Part shown: piece after piece, positions 1 to 9,345 of the stretch
Numbering within the stretch: the stretch's first letter is position 1
Layout: each line of letters begins with the position of its first letter
DNA from: an uncultured Candidatus Binatia bacterium
Lineage (GTDB): Bacteria > Desulfobacterota > Binatia > Bin18
Reading direction: 5' to 3'
Length of the DNA stretch: 64,000 bases
Assembly: GCA_965214605.1 (NCBI GenBank)
Contig: OZ243961.1
Location: 1,103,008 to 1,167,007, forward strand
The notes under the pieces: generated by a model
Seen by the model: the letters and a program-made list of their open reading frames with translations, nothing else
Database searches by the model: none
Told to the model about the DNA's origin: nothing
Position numbers and translations under genes: made by a program

Positions 1-2
1 GC

Positions 3-233
3 CGGGGCTTCTGTGCCGAATGTGGCTGTCCGGTCTTTATCGATGCCAAACTCGTGCCAGACCTGATGGGTCTGTGGGCCGCCAGCTTAGACGATCCCAA
101 CCGCTTCACTCCCCAGGTCGAGGTGTGGACGGCCAGCGCTCCAACCTGGGCGTACCTGCAACCGGAGCTGGACAAATACGAGCACGCGCCAAATGAAGAG
201 CAGATGCGCTACATTCTGGCGTCTCGGGCCTAG
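3..233 (+). CDS. GFA (glutathione-dependent formaldehyde-activating / CENP-V) family protein, C-terminal fragment running off the left edge
   Basis: Frame 3 is open from the window edge to TAG 231-233. Translation RGFCAECGCPVFIDAK...LDDPNRFTPQVEVWTASAPTWAY fits the Cys-rich GFA pattern (FC..CG). Confidence 0.6.
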   Translation, partial: RGFCAECGCPVFIDAKLVPDLMGLWAASLDDPNRFTPQVEVWTASAPTWAYLQPELDKYEHAPNEEQMRYILASRA

Positions 234-333
234 GGGAGAAAGAAAAGGCAAAGAGCAAAAAATCTCCCCACATATTTGTAATGGCAGCCCTTTCTGATAT
301 ATCCCTAGGGTGAGCTTTACGGGAGGAGTGCCT

Positions 334-1098
334 ATGGGTCGCTTGGATGGAAAAGCGATTATTCTGACGGGGGCCGCGCGCGGACAGGGAGCGGTTGCCG
401 CGGAGACGTTTGCCAAGGAAGGAGCACGGCTCCTGCTGAGCGACGTGTTAAGCGAGAAGGGCGAGCGGGTGGCAGCCAAAATTAATGCGGACGGGGGGCA
501 GGCCGTATTCGAAGTCGGCGATGTCTCGCAGGAAGCCGACCCACCGCGTTTGGCAGAGCGCTGCGCCTCGGCCTTCGGGCGGATCGACGTCTTATACAAC
601 AATGCCGGAGTCATTCTCGGCAAACCCATTCAGGACACCAGTCTTGACGAGTGGAATCAGATTCTGCGGATTGACCTGACCGGCCCGTTTTTAATGAGCA
701 AGGCGGTCATTCCTCACATGATGACTCAAAAGAGCGGCTCCATCATCAATATCTCTTCGGCCGGTGGTATTGTTGGCTATCCCTCTATGGCCGCCTACGG
801 GGCAGCCAAAGGCGGCCTAGTCAATCTGACCCGCTGTATGGCGGTCGATCTAGCCAGCTACAATATCCGGGTCAACGCAATCTGTCCGGGCGCAATCGAT
901 ACCCCCATGCCACGTGCGTATATCAAGAACATGGAAAACAAAGAGGCGGCCTGGCAGCAGATTGCGGATGCCCATCTGTTAAAGCGCTTTGGCAGGCCGA
1001 TCGAGGTCGTTCATCTGGCGCTGTTCCTGGCCGCTGATGAATCAAGCTTTATGACCGGTTCGATCATTCCGGTCGATGGTGGGCAGACGGCGTATTAA
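334..1098 (+). CDS. SDR family short-chain dehydrogenase/reductase
   Basis: GGAGGAG Shine-Dalgarno 5 nt before ATG 334. Motifs TGAARGQG (cofactor loop), NNAG, and the S...YGAAK catalytic triad region. Confidence 0.9.
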   Translation: MGRLDGKAIILTGAARGQGAVAAETFAKEGARLLLSDVLSEKGERVAAKINADGGQAVFEVGDVSQEADPPRLAERCASAFGRIDVLYNNAGVILGKPIQDTSLDEWNQILRIDLTGPFLMSKAVIPHMMTQKSGSIINISSAGGIVGYPSMAAYGAAKGGLVNLTRCMAVDLASYNIRVNAICPGAIDTPMPRAYIKNMENKEAAWQQIADAHLLKRFGRPIEVVHLALFLAADESSFMTGSIIPVDGGQTAY

Positions 1099-1099
1099 A

Positions 1100-1795
1100 T
1101 CAGTCTGAACGCACGGTCCATTTCTTCAATTGCAACACCAGGCGTTGCCGCTCGTTGAGGCTCAGATTGCCGCTGCCCTCAAGCAGCGGGAACGTTTCGT
1201 CGCGCTGCACCATCCCAACGCCCGGAGCGTACAGGCTGATCACCGTCACCTTGCCACCTTTACTCCAGTGCATAACCTCGACACAGTCTTCGAAAGTCCC
1301 GGCTGGGAGGGTCACGGCTTGGTCTAGGGCGGTAATCTCATACCGGCCGTCGTTGTTCTCCCACACTGTCCCAGTCCGTAGGGGTCTTTTGAGGAAAAAT
1401 GTAGGTCCGGCATCTGTGCTCGGCTTGTCTTGTAGCTGGGCTCGAAATTTCCTGTGGATCATCGGCTGGGGTTGGAGGTCAACATTTATATCGTTATTGG
1501 TCAGGCGCTCAATACCGTCGGCCGTTGGCCGAAACTCCTCCTCAAAACTGGCGGTCGCCAACGAATCGGTCGTAATTTTGACCACAAACACGTCCTCTTC
1601 CTCACGAACAACTTCCCACTCTTCGGTACTGCTGCCCGCGCTGCCCTCATATAGCCAGCGATTCCCCACCGCCAGCGGGAAATAGGTCACCAGGTCCGGT
1701 TGTGCCCCAGCCACACCCTGTAGCCACAGCACGATAGCGACAACCCCGATGACCACAGAGCCGCGGTGCGCACGTTTCTTCGATCGATTTCCCAT
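1100..1795 (-). CDS. hypothetical exported or membrane-anchored protein
   Basis: GAGGAGGA SD precedes internal ATG 1795. N-terminus MGNRSKKRAHRGSVVIGVVAIVLWLQGVAGA looks like a signal peptide or anchor. No recognisable domain. Confidence 0.55.
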   Translation of the reverse strand: MGNRSKKRAHRGSVVIGVVAIVLWLQGVAGAQPDLVTYFPLAVGNRWLYEGSAGSSTEEWEVVREEEDVFVVKITTDSLATASFEEEFRPTADGIERLTNNDINVDLQPQPMIHRKFRAQLQDKPSTDAGPTFFLKRPLRTGTVWENNDGRYEITALDQAVTLPAGTFEDCVEVMHWSKGGKVTVISLYAPGVGMVQRDETFPLLEGSGNLSLNERQRLVLQLKKWTVRSD

Positions 1796-1857
1796 CGTCC
1801 TCCTCGCCCAGTGTTCATCTTGCACACAGACCGGGCGACCAGATAAAGGATTGTACC

Positions 1858-3996
1858 ATGACCAAACGAGAAAGACACACTGGCTGTGGTGAGCAGATGA
1901 CCCTGCTCACCCGGCGCGCCAGGGACGACCTCGGCACGCTAGTCGGCCAGTTGACAAGCGCCCAAGGAGACCGGCGCCGTGAGCTGCAAGCCCTTCTCCA
2001 ACGCCGGCTGACCGATCCAGGCCAGTTGGCAGACAGTTCGGTCCTGCCGGCTGACCACCCGCTGAGACGCCAGGCAAGGATTGTTCAGCAGCTGTTCAGC
2101 GCCGTCACTACTGCTCCGCTGTCGACGGGCGCCCTGGCCGGCTTAGACACCATCCCGCGCCAATCTCCGCTGGCACCCTGGAAATTACTCATCCGCGCAC
2201 TTGATGCGTTTTATCGCCGCGCAGATGAACTGGCTGAAGCCAATCTGGCCCGGATCCCGGCCGATTCCGGTCCGGGCCGTTTGGTCCCAGTCCTGCGAGC
2301 CCTGCTGAGTAAAACCGATACACTGGCTGAGTCGGAATTTCCCGACCCCAGCGCTCATGTAGCGGCCCTGTTGGAGCAGGTCAGCGCCGGCAATCACGCC
2401 CGACGCAGCCAGCTCAGCCAGGCACTGCTCTCTCATAACGAAAACCCTCCCCGCGCCACCCTACAACCCTTCCTCCCGTGGCTGGCCACTCTTCCGGCTA
2501 GCCATAGACACACGTTTATAAGGACGATGTTACACCACTGGCAACGGAATGGGGGGCTGTCACCCGGCCTCATAGACCTCCTCAGCCATCAAAGCATTGA
2601 CCCCGATATGCAGCGTCTTGCTGCCCTCAGCCTTGAACACCGCCACTGGGACGGGGCACTGCTGCTGTGGGACGCCTACCTCAGCGCGGCTCAGGCCGCA
2701 GGGCGGCTGTCTCCGAGCAGCCCGGAAACCGTTCATATTCTGCTGCATATGAGCGATCTGTTTCCGTCCGCTCCGCAGCAGATACTAGACGATTTAGGCC
2801 TGGCTTCTGAACAAGCACTCCGGCACCTGATCCGCACCGGCCAGTTTCCGGCCGTCTTTGATCGGGCCGCCCTGCTTGACCGGGCACGTCAAGCCGTCGG
2901 GGCTCTCTCGCCTCAACTCGGAGCACGGGTCTTTCGGGCCTCACTCGCCTACCATGAGCGGCGCGATGTCAAACGGGCCGAGGCTGAGGCCGAAGCCTGG
3001 CACAGCGCCTATCCGCACGATCTTGAGCCCCTGCTCTACCTGCTTGAAACCGCAGAAAAGCGTGGCGCAGTCCGAAAAGCGCTCGATTTTGTAGCCAAAG
3101 CAGAAGCCCTGAACCGCCTCCATCCCCAGCTACGGCACAGCCGGTTTCGGCTCCTGTTATCAAGAGCCGAGCGGCGGATTCAAGAGGCCAAATCCACGCT
3201 GGCCTTGGCCGATCTGGAACGCCTAGCCCAAGAACCACGAGCCAACGAGGGCGATACCAAAGCTTATCTGTTGTCTCTCAACTGGGCGCTCGCCCACAAA
3301 ATGGGCGATGCCGCCAGCGCCCAAAATCTGGCGCAGACCTTAGCCAGAACGGTCAACAATCAGGCTCTGCACGCCCTGATCCTCGCCACTGTGAGTGAGA
3401 TTACCAAAGTCTCTCGCCCTCAATGGTCAGCGAAAATTCCGTCCCTCCAGGCGATTGAGGGGCTGGCGCGGGCATGTGCCCTGTTTGGGGCGCTGAACCA
3501 TCGGGTAGCTGTACCGGACAGTTTCGTGAGCCAGGTTGAAAAAAACCTGGACAAGGCCACTGTGGCTCAGTTGCACGCCCTGTGTCACGGCGGCTTAGCC
3601 ATCGGGCAGCCAACCCTGACCTATATCGCTGCCGGTCACGGGCTGCGCTACCCAGAACCCCACCTGCACCGTTTTCTGTTGGCTCGCGGCAAAAGCCTAG
3701 GGGGAATACTCACCCATGCTCACCAAACCCGAGCCCGCAACTGTCTACGGGCGGCCCGTGAGTTGGCCAACCGGACACGGGATAAAGAGGCAACGGACCA
3801 GGCAGCGGCAGCACTCGACACACTGCCGACCTGGGGAGAGATAGAGGCCGTGCTGCTTGCTGCTCCCCACCACCCGCCTAGTCAGGCACAAATAGACCTG
3901 GCTCTTGAGGTCGAACGCCGTCATACTACGCCGCCACGTCTGGCCGGCCACGCGGCCGCTCACAGGCCCACTTTATCACAAGAAGCCTTGCGATAG
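1858..3996 (+). CDS. hypothetical 712-aa helical (TPR/HEAT-like composition) protein, first gene of the atypical Hsp70 cluster
   Basis: Long uninterrupted ORF, Leu/Ala/Arg-rich with no catalytic motif seen. Co-directional with and immediately upstream of the J-domain gene. Confidence 0.65.
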   Translation: MTKRERHTGCGEQMTLLTRRARDDLGTLVGQLTSAQGDRRRELQALLQRRLTDPGQLADSSVLPADHPLRRQARIVQQLFSAVTTAPLSTGALAGLDTIPRQSPLAPWKLLIRALDAFYRRADELAEANLARIPADSGPGRLVPVLRALLSKTDTLAESEFPDPSAHVAALLEQVSAGNHARRSQLSQALLSHNENPPRATLQPFLPWLATLPASHRHTFIRTMLHHWQRNGGLSPGLIDLLSHQSIDPDMQRLAALSLEHRHWDGALLLWDAYLSAAQAAGRLSPSSPETVHILLHMSDLFPSAPQQILDDLGLASEQALRHLIRTGQFPAVFDRAALLDRARQAVGALSPQLGARVFRASLAYHERRDVKRAEAEAEAWHSAYPHDLEPLLYLLETAEKRGAVRKALDFVAKAEALNRLHPQLRHSRFRLLLSRAERRIQEAKSTLALADLERLAQEPRANEGDTKAYLLSLNWALAHKMGDAASAQNLAQTLARTVNNQALHALILATVSEITKVSRPQWSAKIPSLQAIEGLARACALFGALNHRVAVPDSFVSQVEKNLDKATVAQLHALCHGGLAIGQPTLTYIAAGHGLRYPEPHLHRFLLARGKSLGGILTHAHQTRARNCLRAARELANRTRDKEATDQAAAALDTLPTWGEIEAVLLAAPHHPPSQAQIDLALEVERRHTTPPRLAGHAAAHRPTLSQEALR

Positions 3997-4012
3997 GATG
4001 TGGTGCTTAACA

Positions 4013-4321
4013 ATGAAAAACACCGCCATGCTCAACCCTTTTGTCGTTCTCAATGTTAAAGACACCGCCGATGATGAGACCATTCGGGCGGCCTATGTGC
4101 GAGCCCTCAGGCATTCCCCACCAGACCGCGATCCGGAAGGATTTGGCCGGATTCGGGATGCGTATGAAGCGATTCGGGATGCCGAAAAACGTCTCGCCTA
4201 TCGCCTGTTCGGTCCGTTGCCGCTCGCCCGAGTTGAGGACCTATTTGATCTCATACCAGACGAACGGCGGCATCTCGGTCCAGAGCCGTGGTTAAATATC
4301 CTGCGGGGGGCACAACGGTGA
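4013..4321 (+). CDS. small J-domain protein (DnaJ-like) with non-canonical HPD region
   Basis: MKNTAMLNPFVVLNVKDTADDETIRAAYVRALRHSPPDRDPEGFGRIRDAYEAIRDAEKRLAY follows the J-domain helix II-loop-helix III pattern. An alternative ATG lies at 3998. No G/F region or Zn-finger region. Confidence 0.75.
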   Translation: MKNTAMLNPFVVLNVKDTADDETIRAAYVRALRHSPPDRDPEGFGRIRDAYEAIRDAEKRLAYRLFGPLPLARVEDLFDLIPDERRHLGPEPWLNILRGAQR

Positions 4322-5016
4322 GCAGGTTCACTGCGGACCAACGTCAACGTCTGCTAGAGACTGTCCAATCCTGGCTTGACGAACTCGATCAGGCAGAGCC
4401 GGCCCCGTCGGGTCTTTCCCCTGACATCATGGCTTCACCTGAGCCAGTTCCCGATCTGTTTTCTGTACTTGGGCAGCTGAGCGCGCTGACTCGTGAGACC
4501 CAGCTGCAAGGCCGGGCCACCAACCGTCTGCACACCGAACTTGGTCAGACCCTAGACGGGCTGGCCGAGCAAGTTGCCCAAAGCGAGACATCCACCTCTG
4601 GCCAAGCCTTAGTCCGCCAACTGAGCCAGGCACGGCGCGAGACGCGCACCGAACTCGTATCCGAGCTGCTTGAGGTCCGCGACCACCTGAGCCGTAATCT
4701 GATCGAGGCCGAGCGGCGGCTCACCAACTTGAGCGGCCTACGTGCCCGTCTTGGCCAACGTCCGGTGCTCGAAGCCCTCGTCAAAGGCACGCATCTGGCC
4801 CAGGAGCGGCTCGACGATCTGCTGCGGCGGCTGGATGTGTACGAGATTGCATGTCTTAACGCGGCATTCGATCCAAATCTGATGCGAGCAACCGCAGTCA
4901 GTCACACCACCACTGCAGTTCCAGGCACGGTAATCGCAGTTATCCGTCCCGGCTACACCTGTAACGGCCAGGTCATACGTTTTGCCGAAGTAAAGGTGGC
5001 CAAGAACAAGGAATGA
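4318..5016 (+). CDS. GrpE-like nucleotide exchange factor
   Basis: C-terminus AFDPNLMRATAV...PGTVIAVIRPGYTCNGQVIRFAEVKVA matches the GrpE beta-domain signature (FDP..H.A, GY...g..lR.A.V.V). The GTG start overlaps the J-gene stop as GTGA. Confidence 0.7.
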   Translation: MSRFTADQRQRLLETVQSWLDELDQAEPAPSGLSPDIMASPEPVPDLFSVLGQLSALTRETQLQGRATNRLHTELGQTLDGLAEQVAQSETSTSGQALVRQLSQARRETRTELVSELLEVRDHLSRNLIEAERRLTNLSGLRARLGQRPVLEALVKGTHLAQERLDDLLRRLDVYEIACLNAAFDPNLMRATAVSHTTTAVPGTVIAVIRPGYTCNGQVIRFAEVKVAKNKE

Positions 5017-5048
5017 GAAACGGCGGAGAAAGACGCTGACCAACGACC

Positions 5049-6917
5049 ATGACACATGACACTATCCTTGGCATTGACCTGGGCACCACCACCTCCGAGG
5101 TTGCGGCCATCGTCGGTGGCGAAGTCCAGGTGTTGGCCGTTGACGGCGAGCGGACGATGCCTTCGGTCGTCGGCCTCACTCCAGACAACCGTATCCTGGT
5201 TGGCACCCCGGCTCGGAATCAATACCCCTTGTATCCAACCCGCACGGTGAAGTCGATCAAACGCCTGATGGGCTCCTCTCAACAGGTCGTGCTGGGCCGG
5301 CACAGCTATTCCCCACCAGAAATCTCAGCCCTGATCCTACGCAGACTGAAAACACGCGCTGAGACTGTCCTGGGCCGCTCACTCCCCCGAGCGGTTATCA
5401 CCGTGCCGGCCTATTTCTCCGACGCCCAACGCCAAGCCACCCGAGACGCCGGCCACATCGCCGGCCTGGAGGTCGTCCGTATTCTCAATGAACCGACCGC
5501 CGCAGCCCTGGCCTATGGCGCCGACCGGCGGGGAGAGCGCACAGTCCTGATTTATGACCTGGGCGGAGGGACGTTCGATGTGTCCCTGGTCCAGGTCCGG
5601 GACGAGATTACCGAGGTCATCGCCAGTCACGGCAACAACCACCTGGGCGGTGATGATTTCGACCAGCGGTTGTTGGACTGGGTCCATGACCAGTTTGTCC
5701 AGTCGGGCGGCCCAGACATTCGAACCGATCCCATAGCTATGAGCCGTCTATTATGTGCGGTTGAGGAGGCCAAAAAGCGCCTGAGCTTTGAGCCCTACAC
5801 CCGTATTCGGGAAGAGCATTTGGCCGAACAAAATGGGGTCCCAGTCCACCTTGATCTGGAAATATCTCGGGCGGACTATGAACTGTTGATCCAGCATCTG
5901 GTGGAAACCACCCTGGACAGCGTGCATCAAGCACTGAACGACGCAGGGAAGCGGCCGGACCAGATTGACGAGGTGCTGCTGGTCGGTGGCGCGAGTCGTA
6001 CGCCGCTGGTATCCCAGCTTCTTGAAGACAAGACCGGCTTAGTCCCCCACCAAGACCTCCAGCCCGAGCTGTGTGTCGCCTTTGGGGCCGGGGTGTTAGC
6101 CGCCCGCCAGGCGGGCCACAATATTGATCGGGTTTTGGTCGATATCTCGCCCTACTCTTTTGGTCCGTCGCACCTTGGTTTTCTGAACGGTAGACCGTAT
6201 GAACACTGTTACCACCCGATTATTCGGCGCAACACGCCCCTGCCAGTCAGCCGCACCGACTCCTACCATACGCTGGTTGACGGGCAAGCCGACTGGCAGG
6301 TATCCGTCTATCAGGGCGACGATCCAGACGCCTTAAACAACATTTTGGTTGGACGCTTCTGCGTGGAAGGACTCTCCCACGTGCCGGCCGGCAATGAGAT
6401 GCTGTGCCGTATGGAACTCGATCTGGATGGAATTCTCAAAGTCACGGCTATTGAGAAGCGCACCGGTTTGGCCCGGCACATTACGATTGAGGGAGCTACT
6501 ACTGCCATGTCAGCCGAGGATCTGGCCCAAGCCCGTCAGCGTACGCACGACTTATTGGCCCAGGACTGCACAGACACGGCCGAAGCGTTTGAGCAGGAGG
6601 AGATACATTCCGGCCGGACCGAACTGACGACATACGAGAACGCTGATGGCCACCAGAGCCGGATGAAACCAGCGTTGACGTTTGTGGAAACCACCCAGGA
6701 CCGCGAAAGCCAAGAGCTGCGCCAACACGTGTTTGCCGCCGGCCGCCTGTTAGAGCGAAGCCGTCGCCTGCTGAAAAAAATGACGCCTGAAGACCAACAA
6801 GAGGCGCTCGAGCTGCACCAACAAATCGAGGAGGCGCTGCGGATACAGAATTGGGACTATCTCCACACGGCAATTACCGAGCTGACCGATCTGCTGTTTT
6901 ATGTCGAAGAAGCCTAG
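5049..6917 (+). CDS. Hsp70-family ATPase (DnaK paralog)
   Basis: GIDLGTTTSEVA, DLGGGTFDVS and VLLVGGASRTPLV motifs plus a substrate-binding beta-domain (VYQGDD...ILKVTAIEKRTG). The C-terminal ~130 aa are unlike the DnaK lid. Confidence 0.9.
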   Translation: MTHDTILGIDLGTTTSEVAAIVGGEVQVLAVDGERTMPSVVGLTPDNRILVGTPARNQYPLYPTRTVKSIKRLMGSSQQVVLGRHSYSPPEISALILRRLKTRAETVLGRSLPRAVITVPAYFSDAQRQATRDAGHIAGLEVVRILNEPTAAALAYGADRRGERTVLIYDLGGGTFDVSLVQVRDEITEVIASHGNNHLGGDDFDQRLLDWVHDQFVQSGGPDIRTDPIAMSRLLCAVEEAKKRLSFEPYTRIREEHLAEQNGVPVHLDLEISRADYELLIQHLVETTLDSVHQALNDAGKRPDQIDEVLLVGGASRTPLVSQLLEDKTGLVPHQDLQPELCVAFGAGVLAARQAGHNIDRVLVDISPYSFGPSHLGFLNGRPYEHCYHPIIRRNTPLPVSRTDSYHTLVDGQADWQVSVYQGDDPDALNNILVGRFCVEGLSHVPAGNEMLCRMELDLDGILKVTAIEKRTGLARHITIEGATTAMSAEDLAQARQRTHDLLAQDCTDTAEAFEQEEIHSGRTELTTYENADGHQSRMKPALTFVETTQDRESQELRQHVFAAGRLLERSRRLLKKMTPEDQQEALELHQQIEEALRIQNWDYLHTAITELTDLLFYVEEA

Positions 6918-6935
6918 CCACGGAGACTCTCCAGC

Positions 6936-7304
6936 GTGTCTGACAGCACTCCTTCTTCCTCCGGCACTCCTCGTTCATCACTGCAAGAGGCACATTGTCC
7001 AACCTGCCGGGCAGCTTGGCGTGGGGCGGCTGTCTGCGCCCGATGTGGGACCGACCTAGACCCGCTCATGCGTCTGGCAACAAAAGCCTGGCAGCTACGT
7101 GAGCGGTCCCGTCAAGCCCTAGGTGCAGAGGACCGCGCTGCCGAAGCCCTGGCCTGGGCCGAGGTTGCCTGTCAGCTCCAGGCAACGACACGCGGCCTGC
7201 GCTTACTAGCCTTGGCCTTGCTTGCCAACGGTGCCGTGGCAGAGGCAGTGGCGATGATTGAGCAAATCTCCAAGGGGGAGGAGGCTCGCTGTACCCGCGT
7301 ATGA
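6936..7304 (+). CDS. hypothetical protein with N-terminal zinc-ribbon (CPTC...CARC)
   Basis: GTG start 18 nt after the Hsp70 stop. CPTCRAAWRGAAVCARCGTDL four-Cys motif followed by a helical Ala/Leu-rich tail. Confidence 0.5.
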   Translation: MSDSTPSSSGTPRSSLQEAHCPTCRAAWRGAAVCARCGTDLDPLMRLATKAWQLRERSRQALGAEDRAAEALAWAEVACQLQATTRGLRLLALALLANGAVAEAVAMIEQISKGEEARCTRV

Positions 7305-7958
7305 CACGTCGGCGACATGCCCACGCCTGTCTGCCGGAGACAGGATAAACATCCAGCGCGCTTGCCTGTCTTGGAATGATATCTGCGTTCGCGCCGCCGT
7401 ATTTGCCAACGAGGGCCAGACGCAGAGCTTCTCTAACGCCCCCTTCCATGTCTGCAGCGTCCAGTGCCGCTCGGCGGGCCCACTACGGGACACGTGTCAC
7501 CAAGCTCGACAACAACCGCGGCGATACCGCCTGTGCCTCGTGCTGACGCAGACGTTTTACCACTCTGGCGAGTCCGATTTGGCAGTCCTTGAACCTGCAG
7601 GAGCGCGGTCTGCAGAGTGGAGGGCTGGTATGCGCACGCGCCTTGACGTTGAAGTCATTGAGGTCGCGACGGCCCCAGATGCCCCAGGCCGCGAAGATCA
7701 AGCTGAGGGGCTCATTCGATAGCGGTCTCTGCCTAGTCGTGTGCCGAGAAGAGGGGTCGACATGCGTGACGAACACGGGAGCTCTGCAAACGTCCGGCGT
7801 TGAGACGCGTTTCGGACTCAGCCTCATGGTGGATTGGTCACAGCCGGCGTCCTAATGAGGCGACGGGCCGTATCAGTCGCGCGCTGGACGCAGATTTCGA
7901 ACCCGCTGTCCATCAAGACCGGGCTTAACTGCGTCTTGGACGAGATGGGCAAACAGCC

Positions 7959-9173
7959 CTAATCCTTGAACTCAGGTAAAATCTCGCTGCCGAAAAGTTC
8001 GAGCTGGCGCTTGGCCTCGTCCCAGGGCATCAGGCCCTGGTCGAAAAACCAGCCGAACCATTCTATACTGCTGTTCTTGTGCAAGGCTTCGAGTTCACGT
8101 TTGACATCGTCCACTGTGCCGACCAGGGCGTACTTGGACTCGACCATGCGCTCGAAGGTATTTGGAACCGGGGTGGTTTCACCTGGAAAGCGATACGCCT
8201 CAAAAAAGCCAAATCCGGAGAAATACTCGATAAAGCCGGCGCCCTGACACGTTGCGCCTAAAGAGTAGGCCTGGGGGTAGGAATCGCCGAGGTGAACTGA
8301 CCGAAAGGCGCCCACACTCTGGCCAAGCGTGAGGTGACGGCCAACCTTGGCTGCTTCGTCACGGTAGGCTTCGCACAGCTCACGGAACGACGGTGGATGG
8401 GCAGTCAGAATCCAGGGCACGATATTCTCGGCCGCACACCAACGGATCGTTTTTTCACTGACCGAGAACGGTTGCCAGATCGGCGGATGGGGCTGGGTAT
8501 AGGGTTTGGGCACGACACAGATGCGCTGGACTACCCCGTTCTCGTCTACCTCGCCCTTGGCCCCGTATTTGGCGGTCCAATTTTTGGCTACCGGCCAGCG
8601 CTGAATCCCATGTTCGTAGGGAGTTGGAACCTCATAGTACTTTGTTTTGAAACGAATTGACTCTTGGGTCCAGGCCATCTTCATGATCTTGAAGACCTCT
8701 TCAAAAACCGCCCGGTTGTGGATGTCCACCTCTGAGCCGTCCATTGGTGCACCGGTCACATGATAATGCTGGCCAAGCACGTTCGTCCAGCGATCTTGAT
8801 AGCCCCGGGCAAATCCAGCCACAAAACGGCCCTTGGTCAGGTGATCCAGCACCGCGATCTCTTCCGCCACCCGAATCGGGTCCCAGGTCGGCAGGACCAG
8901 TCCCAGCGAGGCAAACTTAATCCGCTCGGTACGGGCGGCCAGATCGGTATACAGTAATAGCGGCGCAATGGAGGCTTCATAGCCTTCTGAGTGAAAATGA
9001 TGCTCGGTGGTCGACAACGCATCAAAGCCCAGGTCTTCAGCCATGTGGGCGATATCCCGCACCTCTTTTAGGAGGTCCTGATACTTCTCATTATCCCGGC
9101 CGATCGGCCGCAGCTTTTCACGCTCTTCAAATGTGGCTGGGATAGTCGGCAGCAAGAATAGATTAAATTTCAT
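7959..9173 (-). CDS. LLM-class (luciferase-like) flavin/F420-dependent oxidoreductase
   Basis: AGGAGGA SD 7 nt before ATG 9173. MKFNLFLLPT...DLGFDALSTTEHHFHSEGYE is the typical LLM N-terminus. Confidence 0.85.
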   Translation of the reverse strand: MKFNLFLLPTIPATFEEREKLRPIGRDNEKYQDLLKEVRDIAHMAEDLGFDALSTTEHHFHSEGYEASIAPLLLYTDLAARTERIKFASLGLVLPTWDPIRVAEEIAVLDHLTKGRFVAGFARGYQDRWTNVLGQHYHVTGAPMDGSEVDIHNRAVFEEVFKIMKMAWTQESIRFKTKYYEVPTPYEHGIQRWPVAKNWTAKYGAKGEVDENGVVQRICVVPKPYTQPHPPIWQPFSVSEKTIRWCAAENIVPWILTAHPPSFRELCEAYRDEAAKVGRHLTLGQSVGAFRSVHLGDSYPQAYSLGATCQGAGFIEYFSGFGFFEAYRFPGETTPVPNTFERMVESKYALVGTVDDVKRELEALHKNSSIEWFGWFFDQGLMPWDEAKRQLELFGSEILPEFKD

Positions 9174-9345
9174 ACGCGATCCTCCTGTGAGCCAAATGGT
9201 TAGGCCACCCTCTTTGGCTAGCATATGCACGCCGTTCCGTCATTAGGGGCGGTAGCGTCCAATCCGTCGCGCCCCTCTCCCGCATTGTTCTTCCCGTCCG
9301 GACAGGCTATAAGTCGGGGGGCGCGTCACAAACGGAGGGAATATA

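Noticed and set aside
87-629. Antisense or overlapping ORFs of 60-250 codons throughout the track (e.g. 87-629, 1155-1685, 9326-10123, 32012-32629, 36059-36697, 41266-42030, 44344-45414, 61158-61745)
   Set aside because: Each lies opposite or out of frame to an ORF with clear family motifs. They have Arg/Ser/Pro-rich composition and lack SD sequences. They are GC-driven artefacts.
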